From the NCBI GenBank assembly GCA_944386195.1, contig CALXAD010000002.1, forward strand, positions 12,946-76,945: 64,000 nt of DNA, read 5' to 3'. The translations under genes were made by a program, and so were the position numbers. The DNA comes from an uncultured Clostridia bacterium. Its GTDB lineage: Bacteria > Bacillota > Clostridia > TANB77 > CAG-508. Below the pieces are notes generated by a model. It was not told the origin of the DNA, did no database searches, and saw only the letters and a program-made list of their open reading frames with translations. This document shows positions 29,568 to 38,837 of this stretch, in pieces (position 1 is the stretch's first letter; each line of letters starts with the position of its first letter).

Positions 29568-30482
29568 ATGAAACTATTAGATAATTTAAAATTAATATTT
29601 AATAAAAATGAACAAAAAAATAACCAAATAATAGAAGAAAAAACAGAAAATTTTGAAATATTATTAAATGATATTGATAAATGTGCTTTATATTTAAGAA
29701 ATCGAGAAAAACCTTTTGTTTTAATTAAAGATAAAAATTTTCCTTTTATGCTTAATAATCCAGATTTGGTATTTATAGAAATGAATAAGCAAAATTTTGA
29801 TTATTATGGAGAATTTTTTAGATTAGAACTTATGAATGAAAAAATACTACAACTAGAAAAACAAGAAGAATTAGAAAAGAAAACAGAAAATGACTACTTA
29901 TTAGATTATTTAGAACATAGTAAAAGTGATTATTCAAAAATTATAGAAAAAATGAAAACATTTGAAATAGATAATTTGCAATATAATAGTTTGATAGATA
30001 ATATTAAATTAAATATTAAAGAAAGTATAGAAAGTTTATATGATAATTTTAAAAATGCAAATCCTACAATAAAAACAGATAGAACATATAAAGAAATTAT
30101 GGATAATCTTATAGATTTGGATAGTTTCACAAAAAAGTTTCCATATAAATATTATGATGAGTTTAGATATAATGAAGAAAGTATATCTCATTGTGGTTAT
30201 CCAGATTATATGTGGCAATCAGGTGCAGAAGGAACATATATACATTTAGCGAAAATACCTAAAAGTGCAAATTGGGTTTTTGAATATAATAAGTACATAG
30301 GTGAACCTGAACCAGATGATTATATTACTAAATTTGCAATAGTTTCAGACAAAGAAAAAGAAACAATTTTAAAATATTGGAACGAATTACAGTATCAAAA
30401 TGAATTACAATTTGAAAAAGATTATATAGAATGTGTAGCAAGAAGAAACGAAAGTCAAGAAGATGAGGAAGAAACAATATAG
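29568..30482 (+). CDS. hypothetical protein, acidic C-tail
   Basis: 304-aa ORF. Ends ESQEDEEETI. Confidence 0.5.
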   Translation: MKLLDNLKLIFNKNEQKNNQIIEEKTENFEILLNDIDKCALYLRNREKPFVLIKDKNFPFMLNNPDLVFIEMNKQNFDYYGEFFRLELMNEKILQLEKQEELEKKTENDYLLDYLEHSKSDYSKIIEKMKTFEIDNLQYNSLIDNIKLNIKESIESLYDNFKNANPTIKTDRTYKEIMDNLIDLDSFTKKFPYKYYDEFRYNEESISHCGYPDYMWQSGAEGTYIHLAKIPKSANWVFEYNKYIGEPEPDDYITKFAIVSDKEKETILKYWNELQYQNELQFEKDYIECVARRNESQEDEEETI

Positions 30483-30659
30483 AAACTTGTATTTTTGGTT
30501 GTGAGTATAGTTTTATTCTTAAGAAAAGTTGACGGAAGTGGAGCAGAAAATACAACAGAAGTAAAATGGATTAGTTTTGCTATATGGATAGGATTGTATC
30601 GGTCTTTATTGGCTCTTGAATATGGAATACGTTTTTTAACAACGCTAAATAAAAAATAA
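30483..30659 (+). pseudogene. 5'-truncated paralog of the 56921..57139 membrane-protein gene
   Basis: ..LFLRKVDGSGAENTTEVKWISFAIWIGLYRSLLALEYGIRFLTTL.. aligns with ..LFLRKFDGTGLENTTEVKWVSFAIWLGFYLFLLALEYGIRFLVTI.. No start codon; begins right after the preceding stop. Confidence 0.55.
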
Positions 30660-30755
30660 TTCAAATTACAATTTTATATTATAAAGTTTATTAAGTAGGT
30701 ACTTTTTGTACTTGCTTTTTTATTATGCAAAAAAATAAGGAAGGAGTTAAAAAAT

Positions 30756-31214
30756 ATGAATAGTTATGTAGAAATGAAAGAAAGACATCAGAAAGAAGTA
30801 GATAATTTTCCTATGAAATTTGCTTTTTCAGATGAACAATTTAAAAGAGCAATGGAGGAATTAGGATTAACTGAAAAAGACTTAGACAAAATTGTAGGTA
30901 TTGGAGCAGGAGGATTTATTAGAAAAACGGATGTAAATGCTTATAAAGAAATGGGAAAAAGACAATTCGAGGAATTTTGGAGAGCAATACAAGAGGATAA
31001 AGTAGGAGATGGCTTTATTAAAGAAATGTTTTTATATGAACTTGCTAACCATGAATATATAATAACAAGAGAAATTGATGATACTTTAGATGCTTTGGGT
31101 TTAACAGAAGATGATATAAGAAATAATGCAAATTTAAGAACTGGTTTATTACTTGCAGAAAAGGAATATTTAGAGCAATATGAAAAGCAAGAGGAAGATG
31201 AAGAAGAAATATAA
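30756..31214 (+). CDS. hypothetical protein, acidic C-tail
   Basis: 152-aa ORF with RBS AAGGAAGGAG. Ends KQEEDEEEI. Confidence 0.5.
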   Translation: MNSYVEMKERHQKEVDNFPMKFAFSDEQFKRAMEELGLTEKDLDKIVGIGAGGFIRKTDVNAYKEMGKRQFEEFWRAIQEDKVGDGFIKEMFLYELANHEYIITREIDDTLDALGLTEDDIRNNANLRTGLLLAEKEYLEQYEKQEEDEEEI

Positions 31215-31225
31215 AAATAAAGGAA

Positions 31226-31831
31226 ATGGAGTATATAAAAATGATAAAAGATAAAAAAGTAAGTGAAATAATAAATGAAATTTTAAAAAAGGAAATGAAC
31301 AAGACAATAGAAAGTTTTGTTCAAGTAGAAAAAGTAAATAAAGAAGTAACAGGAAGAAGTTTAGAAATGGATTATAAAAATATGGTTTTATTATATCCGT
31401 CAATTTTACTAGAATATGTTGATAATTTAGAGAAAAATACAACTTATAATGAGGAACAGGGAAAAATAATAAAAAATACACAAAAACAGTTGGAAAATTG
31501 GATTTCTATATATGAAAGTCCTAACATAGTATCAGAATGTTATGAGTATTTAATACAAGAAAAAAATAATTTAGATAGTGTTTTTAAAGAAAAAACAAGA
31601 AACAGAGGCTTAGAAGAATCTTTGCTATTAGCAAGTGCAAAAATAGGAGGGATTGCACTTAGAAATTTGCAAAGAGAAAATAATAACTTAGATGGTGTTA
31701 TGGAAGAATATCCATATTCAAAAGAGGAATTAAAAATGATAGATAAGTTTGGTGAAATAACAAAAAAACAGGAAATTATTGAAGAATATGTGGAATTAAA
31801 TTATATAGAAGATGATGAAGAAGAATTTTGA
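31226..31831 (+). CDS. hypothetical protein, acidic C-tail
   Basis: 201-aa ORF. Ends IEDDEEEF. Confidence 0.5.
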   Translation: MEYIKMIKDKKVSEIINEILKKEMNKTIESFVQVEKVNKEVTGRSLEMDYKNMVLLYPSILLEYVDNLEKNTTYNEEQGKIIKNTQKQLENWISIYESPNIVSECYEYLIQEKNNLDSVFKEKTRNRGLEESLLLASAKIGGIALRNLQRENNNLDGVMEEYPYSKEELKMIDKFGEITKKQEIIEEYVELNYIEDDEEEF

Positions 31832-31847
31832 ATTTATGGAGGAAAAT

Positions 31848-32603
31848 ATGAATAAATTATATTTAGGAGATTGTTTAGAAATTTTAAAAAATATTCCAAA
31901 TAAAAGTATTGATTGTATTGTAACTAGTCCACCATATTGGAAAGGATTTGAGTATGAAGCATATTTTAATTCATATAAACAATATTTAGATTGGTGTGAA
32001 TTGTGGTTAGGAGAAGCTAAAAGGGTTATGAAAGATAATGGTACATTTTATCTTAATGTTATAAATGACAGTGAGATAACAATTAGAGCATTTGAATTAA
32101 TGGAAATTGCCACAAGAAGAGTTATGTTTAAACTACACGATACAATAATTTGGTACAGATATAATCAACAACCAGCAAATACAAATAGGCAATTAACTAA
32201 CCAATGTGAGTATATATTTATGCTAAGACATACATCAGCTAATATCGAATTATACAAACAAAATGTCTATGATAAATTTCCAGAAGTTTTTAAAACTAAA
32301 AATGTAGGTAATGTATGGGAAATACCTTTTAATTCAGGAAAAAAGAATAATAATATATTTGGAAGAAAAGAAACAAAATCAAAGTGGGGACACAGTGGAT
32401 TTCCAATAAAAATACCAGAAATATGTATTTTATTATCCACACAAGAAAAAAATACTGTATTAGATATGTTTATGGGTAGTGGTTCAACAGGAGTAGCTTG
32501 TAAAAAATTAAATCGAGATTTTATAGGTATAGAACTAAATGAAAAATATTTTAATTATGCAAAAGAAAGAATAGAAGAAACAACATTTGAGGAAACTTTA
32601 TAA
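31848..32603 (+). CDS. DNA methylase N-4/N-6 (orphan)
   Basis: SPPYW motif (IVTSPPYW) and C-terminal DMFMGSGSTG. ATG 31848 after GGAGG. Confidence 0.85.
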   Translation: MNKLYLGDCLEILKNIPNKSIDCIVTSPPYWKGFEYEAYFNSYKQYLDWCELWLGEAKRVMKDNGTFYLNVINDSEITIRAFELMEIATRRVMFKLHDTIIWYRYNQQPANTNRQLTNQCEYIFMLRHTSANIELYKQNVYDKFPEVFKTKNVGNVWEIPFNSGKKNNNIFGRKETKSKWGHSGFPIKIPEICILLSTQEKNTVLDMFMGSGSTGVACKKLNRDFIGIELNEKYFNYAKERIEETTFEETL

Positions 32604-32622
32604 TAAAGTATTTAATTAAAAA

Positions 32623-32737
32623 TTTTCAAAATTTTTTCAAAAAACTTTCATTGACTTAATAATAAAAGCACGTTATGATTTTAATATGAAATTATATAGA
32701 AAAAAATTGAAAGAGGAGAAATCCCCTTTCTTTTTTT
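32623..32737 (+). promoter_or_regulatory. conserved promoter plus leader-terminator module, copy A (upstream of virD4)
   Basis: TTTTCAAAATTTTTTCAAAAAACTTTCATTGACT with -35 at 32651-32656, 17-nt spacer, TATGAT at 32674-32679. Leader hairpin 32709-32730 followed by T7. Confidence 0.65.
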
Positions 32738-32763
32738 GTTATATAGAAAGGAACAAAAGAAAA

Positions 32764-34866
32764 ATGAAAGGAAATAAGCTAAAGACAAAAATAGTTGGTT
32801 TAGTAATAGCATTTTTTATTGCAGTAATATTGTCAGCAATTATTTCAACAATGTTACATCTAATCTTTACAAAAGTACCAGAAGAAATACTAAATCTAAC
32901 ACCAAACAAAATAATAACAAGTTTGCTAACTAATAGAGAACATTTTGAAATGTTTGTATTAGTAGTAATTGCATTTATGATGTTTGTTTTACTAACAGTT
33001 TTTAAAGTATTTGATTTAAAAGATTATAAATCAAAAAATTACAAAGTAACAGATAATATTGAGATACCAATGCCAGTAGGAGATAAGCAAACACAACAAG
33101 GTTCTGCTTGGTGGCTTTCTAAAAAAGATATACCTAAAAAATTTGGAGTAAATAGATTGGATCCACAAAATCCAGAAATACGAAAACTAATTAAAATAGC
33201 AAATGAAGAAAAGAAGTTTATAGAAAAGAACAAAGTATATAAAGAACCACAAATTTCTATTGAACCAATATTTGAAAGTGGAGGTTTAATCATAGGAAAG
33301 AAAGATAAGTTAATATGCAGTCCATACCTTAAGACAATAAAAGGAAAATTAAAAATCCCATTTTTAAATATAAGAAAAGTAGAAGATATTTATTACATTA
33401 AAGATGATTTACATAGCTTAACAGTACGGTGCAACAAGATCAGGCAAGAGCAGAAATCTAGTAATTGAAACAATAATGAATATTGGATTGTCAAAAGAAC
33501 CACAGAATATGATAATTTCAGATCCTAAACGGAGAGTTATATCAATATACAGCTAAGACATTAGAAAGATTAGGTTATAAAGTATATACATTGGACTTTA
33601 AAAATCCACTAAAAAGTTCAAAATACAATTTTTTACAACCAGTAATAGAAGCATTTTCAAAAAATGATATACCAAAGGCAGTTAATTATTGTTCAGATAT
33701 AGTAGAAAGTTTAGTTGGAGAAGTTGGTAACAGAGAAGCAATATGGATAAATGGAGAAAAGTCAGTTGAAAAAGCTGGAATAATGTCAGTTGTAATGGGA
33801 AATCCAGAGCATAAAGAATATCAGAATTTACCTAACACATACAACTTTATTTCCAAAATGTGTGCTGAACAGGAAGATAAAACTATGCCTATGGATACTT
33901 ATTTAGATACTTTACCAGAAGATCACCCAGCAGTAGCAAGTTTCGCAGCTGCAAGAATTGCACCAAGTAAAACAAGAGCTAGTTTTTTTACATCTGCTTT
34001 GGCAACACTTAGTATTTTTATGGATAGTTATGTCGCAAGTATGATAAGTGAATCAGAAATAGACCTAAATAAATTCAATGAAGAAAAATCAGTTTTGTAT
34101 ATGATCTTACCAGATGAAAAAACAACCTTTTATTCATTATGCAGTTTATTTGTAAATCAAGTATATACAAAATTAGTAGAACTTGCAGATGAAAGAGGTG
34201 GTAGATTAAAAATTCGCACTAATTTTATACTAGATGAATTTGGCAATTTTAGTGCAATACCTAATTTTGGAGGTTTTCTAACTGTTGGTGGAGGAAGAGG
34301 AATTAGATTTAATTTATTTGTGCAAAGTTTTAGTCAACTAAATGAAAAATATCGGAGATAACACAGCTCAAAATATTCTTGATAATTGTTATGTATGGAA
34401 TTACTTAAAAACAAGTAATGAGGTAACAGCAGAAAAGATTTCTAAAAAATTAGGAAATTATACAACAACAAGTTGGAGTGAAAGTAATTCTTCAAGTGGA
34501 GGAGCAGTAAATAAGTCAAATTCAATGAATTTAACACAAAGACCACTACTTACCACAGATGAAATATTGAGAATTGAAAGACCTTATTTATTAGTAATGT
34601 GTTCAGGACTTTCTCCTTTAATGTCTTATTCGCCAGATTTAAGTAAATGGAAGTTTAATGAAATACTTGGATTAGGAAACAAAAGTTGGAACACGAAAGT
34701 CAGAGAATATAGAGAAAATCATAGAAAAGTAAGGAAAATTAAGCAATTACAACTATGGAATATAGCAGAACAAACAAAGCAATTTAAAAAAATATTAGAG
34801 CAAAAGAAATTGATGGAAGAAAAGGAAAGAAGAATGAAAAATATAAATTTTCAAGGAAAACTATAA
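32764..34866 (+). CDS. virD4: type IV coupling protein VirD4/TraG family, interrupted at three in-frame CGG codons
   Basis: Two N-terminal TM helices. Skipping the C at 33427, 33530 and 34353 gives a continuous LTVGATRSGKS (Walker A)..SDPKGELYQYTAKTLERLGYKVYTLDFKNP..ILDEFGN (Walker B)..NEKYGDNTAQNILDN.. Confidence 0.85.
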
Positions 34867-34893
34867 TTATTTTCAAAATGGAGGTTAATAAAA

Positions 34894-35265
34894 ATGAAAA
34901 AATTTAAGAAATATAAATGTAATAAATTAAAAAAATCAATATTGCTAACTCAAATAGCAATGCTTACATTTATAACAAAAGTACAAGCAGCAGATATAGT
35001 TACAGAAGTAGAAGGTGGAGGAAATATCCAAAGCAGTAAATTAGGTCAAGGTTTACTAAATATTATAAGAGATGTTACTGGAACTATACAATGGATTTTA
35101 CCTATAACTGGTGTTTGTTTTATTCTGTTTTATGTTTTCAAGATAATGACTGGTGATGAACAAGATCAGCAAAGGTATAAAAAATCAATTATAAAAGTTT
35201 TAGTATGTATTGTAATTGGATTATTAGCAGTAACAATAGTAAATCTTATTGCAAGATATTTTTAG
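34894..35265 (+). CDS. VirB2/TrbC-like small membrane protein (pilin analogue)
   Basis: Signal peptide ending VQA, then two TM helices. FKIMTGDE motif shared with 36829..37452. Confidence 0.5.
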   Translation: MKKFKKYKCNKLKKSILLTQIAMLTFITKVQAADIVTEVEGGGNIQSSKLGQGLLNIIRDVTGTIQWILPITGVCFILFYVFKIMTGDEQDQQRYKKSIIKVLVCIVIGLLAVTIVNLIARYF

Positions 35266-35280
35266 AAGGAGTAGATAAAT

Positions 35281-35943
35281 ATGACTGATACAGAAAAATT
35301 AAAAAATAGATTAGAAGAAATGCAAAAAGAAGAAAAAAGCAAAGAAACAAAAGAAAAAGAATATGTAGAAGAAATGCAGACTAATGAAGAAAAAAGAATA
35401 GAAAATGAAAAACAAAGAAAGAAATTAAAAGAGGAAGAAGAAAAATTACAACAAAATTTTTCAAATAAATTGGGCTTAAATGTAGCACAAAGTAAAAAAT
35501 TATTTGGCTTTCTTAAAAGATATGTATTAATTGGAATTGTAACAGGTGTGCCAGGAATTGCACTCACTTATTTGTGGGATAAATGGCAAGAAAATAAAAT
35601 GGTAAAGGATTTATATGAGAAAAACATTGAATCTATTGCAAATCCTAATAATAAAGACTTGGCAAAAGAATATGAAATTTTAAGAAGAAAATTTTATAAG
35701 GCTTATGATATAGACAAAATAGAAAGATTAGTAAAAACATCAGAAGATATAGAAAAATTAAAAAATGATAATAAACTTTTAGAAAAACTAAATGTAGAAA
35801 TAAGAAAATGTAGAGAAGAATATGAAAAAAATTTAGGAAACTACATAGAAAATCAAATCATAAGTAAAACACACGAAGAAACGGAAGAAACAACAATAGT
35901 AGAGGAAACAGAAGAGGAAGAAGAACCAGAAATACGGAGATAA
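35281..35943 (+). CDS. coiled-coil membrane protein of the T4SS operon
   Basis: Glu/Lys-rich coiled coil plus one TM helix (YVLIGIVTGVPGIALTYLW). An in-frame CGG at 35935-35937 lies two codons before the stop. Confidence 0.45.
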   Translation: MTDTEKLKNRLEEMQKEEKSKETKEKEYVEEMQTNEEKRIENEKQRKKLKEEEEKLQQNFSNKLGLNVAQSKKLFGFLKRYVLIGIVTGVPGIALTYLWDKWQENKMVKDLYEKNIESIANPNNKDLAKEYEILRRKFYKAYDIDKIERLVKTSEDIEKLKNDNKLLEKLNVEIRKCREEYEKNLGNYIENQIISKTHEETEETTIVEETEEEEEPEIRR

Positions 35944-35972
35944 GATTTCTATGAAGTAGAAGGAGTAGGAAA

Positions 35973-36817
35973 GTGGCAGCTTTAATTGCAACTATAATTG
36001 TTTATCTATTAGGATGGATTTCAGAAGCTATTTTAACATGGCTTTCTGGAGTATATACATCTATGTTTTATTTAGCTTTTGCAATAGAAATATCATTTAG
36101 AGATATTGCTACAAGTTTTAGTATATCAGGTCTATACAATGCAGTTTATATTGTAGCAATGGCAATACTTGTAATGTTTTTTGTAAAAAAGCTAATTGAA
36201 ACATATATGACTTGGACAAATCGGTGATCCAGAAGATAATCCACTAAATGTTTTAATACGGATTTGTAAAAGCAATGATAGTAATGATTACATTTGGATT
36301 TATATATACTCAATTTGTAAACATCTTCTATGGAATATATAACAATTTATTAATGGGGATGACAGGTAGTTTAGAACCAGTAGTGCCAGAATATAAAAAT
36401 CTTGGTTTAAATGTATTTGGAGCATTTTTATATTTAATTATAGCAATACAATTAACATTACTGTATTTCCAATTTTTGACGAGAGGTTTTGAAATGCTAA
36501 TCCTAAGATTAGGAATACCATTTGCAAGTATAGGACTTTTAAATGCTAATCAAGGTGCTTTTAAAGGATATATTCAAAAATTTATAAATAATGCCTTTAC
36601 AATTCTTATTCAATTATTGTTAGTGCAGTTTGCAATACTTCTATTAAATGGAGGACATTTTGTGTTAGCATTTACAGCCTCTAGCATAGCTTTAAGAACA
36701 CCAGCAATGTTACAAGAGTTTATGATAAGTGCAGGTGGAGGAAGTACAAGTGGAAAAGTAAATACAGTAAGTAGAGTAGTAACAATGTTTAAAACAGGAG
36801 TAAGTAAAGGAAAGTAA
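35973..36817 (+). CDS. VirB6/TrbL-like polytopic channel protein, interrupted at two in-frame CGG codons
   Basis: GTG start after GGAG. Multiple TM helices. Skipping the C at 36222 and 36259 joins ..YMTWTN-GDPEDNPLNVLI-GFVKAMIVMITFGF.. Confidence 0.6.
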
Positions 36818-36828
36818 GAGGTAACAAT

Positions 36829-37452
36829 ATGGATACTATTTATTATATTACAAACTTTTTAGGAGTTTTAGCAGGAATTACTTGTTGTGCAATGATTGGA
36901 GTTGCAATTTTTAAAATAATGACAGGTGATGAAACTGAACACCAAAAATATCAAGCAAGGATAAGAAATGGACTAATTGCATTAATTTTAATAGTTTGTA
37001 TAAGTACAGTAAAAGATACAGTATTACAATATTTCCCTTATGTAGAAAGTTCTGATGCTATTGGAGATTTTTCAGACATTCAAATTTCTCTTACAGATGG
37101 AGCATTAACAGACACTTACGAAGATGTAGAAGGTAGAAGTGTTATAAGGGTAGATGGTAACTACTATGTAAATACAGGAGAAAAACTTATAAACATAGGT
37201 GGATTTTGGGATTCTTATAAAATATGGTGTTCTGTATATAAACTCTATGATGAATGTCAAGGAATTACAAGAGGAGCAATGGCAGACGATATATATTATA
37301 TGTCTTGGGAAGCAGACAAATTAGACGGACAATCACAAGGATTTCTAATGTCGGCAGATGTTAAAGGAACAATTAAAGATGACAATGATTTTAAAGATTT
37401 AATGGGAAATTGGCTAACAGAGAAATACCAACAGTATGAATGGATAAGTTAG
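36829..37452 (+). CDS. VirB2-like N-domain paralog with a soluble C-terminal extension
   Basis: N-terminus ..GVAIFKIMTGDETEHQKYQARIRNGLIALILIV.. parallels 34894..35265. Confidence 0.45.
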   Translation: MDTIYYITNFLGVLAGITCCAMIGVAIFKIMTGDETEHQKYQARIRNGLIALILIVCISTVKDTVLQYFPYVESSDAIGDFSDIQISLTDGALTDTYEDVEGRSVIRVDGNYYVNTGEKLINIGGFWDSYKIWCSVYKLYDECQGITRGAMADDIYYMSWEADKLDGQSQGFLMSADVKGTIKDDNDFKDLMGNWLTEKYQQYEWIS

Positions 37453-37465
37453 GAGATTAAAGAAT

Positions 37466-37801
37466 ATGGAAGAAGAGAAATATCAGGTACAAATTCCAGC
37501 TAATGTTAAGACTAGGACAGAATTAATAAATGGAATAGGTATAAAAGAATTAATAACAACAGCAATAGCAGGAGGAATTAGTATATTTATTGCAATTCCA
37601 ATATATCTAATTAGTCAAAATTATTTAGTTTGCTTAATTTTAGTTGGAATTATAACAGGATTTACTTTTATTGCAGTTATGAAAGATAAGAATAACAGTT
37701 GTATAGCAGGACTATTAATGAATATTTATAAATACCTAAAAGGACAAAAATATTTCAAGTATGTAGTAAAGGAGAAAGATACAAATGAGTATGTTAGATA
37801 A
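37466..37801 (+). CDS. PrgI family (VirB3-like) protein
   Basis: 111 aa. ..VQIPANVKTRTELINGIGIKELITTAIAGGISIFIAIPIY.. with two TM helices, upstream of VirB4. Confidence 0.6.
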   Translation: MEEEKYQVQIPANVKTRTELINGIGIKELITTAIAGGISIFIAIPIYLISQNYLVCLILVGIITGFTFIAVMKDKNNSCIAGLLMNIYKYLKGQKYFKYVVKEKDTNEYVR

Positions 37802-38384
37802 ATTATTCAAGAAACAACCTCAAATATCAGCTAACAGATTTTTAAATATAAAAGATATTCAAGGAAATTTCCTATATACACTAGATAATAAAGTCTTAGC
37901 ATATTTAAAGATACATCCGAAAAACTGTAAATTAATGAGTAAAGAGGAACAAAAAAATCATGCACAAATATTAACAAGAAATTTTGCAAGTGAATTAAAA
38001 CCTTTCAAATTGTATTTTACAAATAGACCAGTAAATTTACAGAAAAACCAAGACTACCAAGCAGAATTAATGGATAAAGAAAAAAATGCTTTGAAATTTA
38101 GTTTACAAGGAAAAAGAAGTAGAAGTTTTGGAAATTTATCAGTAAGAGGTAGAGCATTAGAAAGTGAAATTTATTTGATAATTTGGGGTGAAAACACAGA
38201 ATATGTTGAACAGGACTTATTAAAAAGGCTAAATGATTTAAAAATGAAATTTACTAATAGTGGTTATAGGACAGAAATATTAGAAGAAAGACTAATTATT
38301 CAATTAGTAAATAGTTATACTAATCCAGATGTTGCATATATGGAAGATCAAGAATATATGCAAGGACCACTAACGGTAAATTAG
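37785..38384 (+). CDS. hypothetical T4SS-associated protein
   Basis: 199-aa ORF overlapping the upstream gene by 17 nt. Confidence 0.4.
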   Translation: MSMLDKLFKKQPQISANRFLNIKDIQGNFLYTLDNKVLAYLKIHPKNCKLMSKEEQKNHAQILTRNFASELKPFKLYFTNRPVNLQKNQDYQAELMDKEKNALKFSLQGKRSRSFGNLSVRGRALESEIYLIIWGENTEYVEQDLLKRLNDLKMKFTNSGYRTEILEERLIIQLVNSYTNPDVAYMEDQEYMQGPLTVN

Positions 38385-38397
38385 AAAGGAGTAAATA

Positions 38398-38820
38398 ATG
38401 TATAAATATTATGTTTTATATAGACCTATAGGTATAGGAACAGTACCAAATGGATTTGTAGAAAAAATAAACTATGAAGAAAGACAGAGAGTAAAAGATA
38501 CAACTTATAAGGCTTTTGGAGAAGTATATTACGAAGAACGATTATCTGAAAAAGAAATATATGATTATGAATTAAAAGAAGAACCAACACAAGAAGAAAA
38601 AAATAAAGTTTTAGAAGATGTCAAAAAATTAGATGATGTATATGAAAGAATAAAAGATTTAAAACTAAATGATGAAAGATTAGAACAAAAAATAGAAAAG
38701 GTATCAGAATACATCAATAGAGAAATTTGCACACAATTAAATAATAATATCATTTCACATAAAGAATATTTGAATTATATAGAATCTATAACTGAAGAAA
38801 AGGAAGAAGAAACTTTATAG
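38398..38820 (+). CDS. hypothetical protein, acidic C-tail
   Basis: 140-aa ORF. Ends EEKEEETL. Confidence 0.5.
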   Translation: MYKYYVLYRPIGIGTVPNGFVEKINYEERQRVKDTTYKAFGEVYYEERLSEKEIYDYELKEEPTQEEKNKVLEDVKKLDDVYERIKDLKLNDERLEQKIEKVSEYINREICTQLNNNIISHKEYLNYIESITEEKEEETL

Positions 38821-38837
38821 AAAAGAGGATTAAAGAG

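Noticed and set aside
32686-32763. Upstream extensions of track ORFs (32686 for virD4, 43828 for the next block, 48666, 49763, 54761, 58069 and others)
   Set aside because: The extensions run through promoter, leader-hairpin or upstream coding sequence. Internal ATGs with well-spaced GGAG-type RBS give the conserved N-termini.
37785-38384. The 199-aa ORF as a detached N-terminal fragment of VirB4
   Set aside because: The 607-aa VirB4 ORF already has its own N-terminal domain, and an unrelated acidic-tail gene separates the two. No CGG or frame junction links them.
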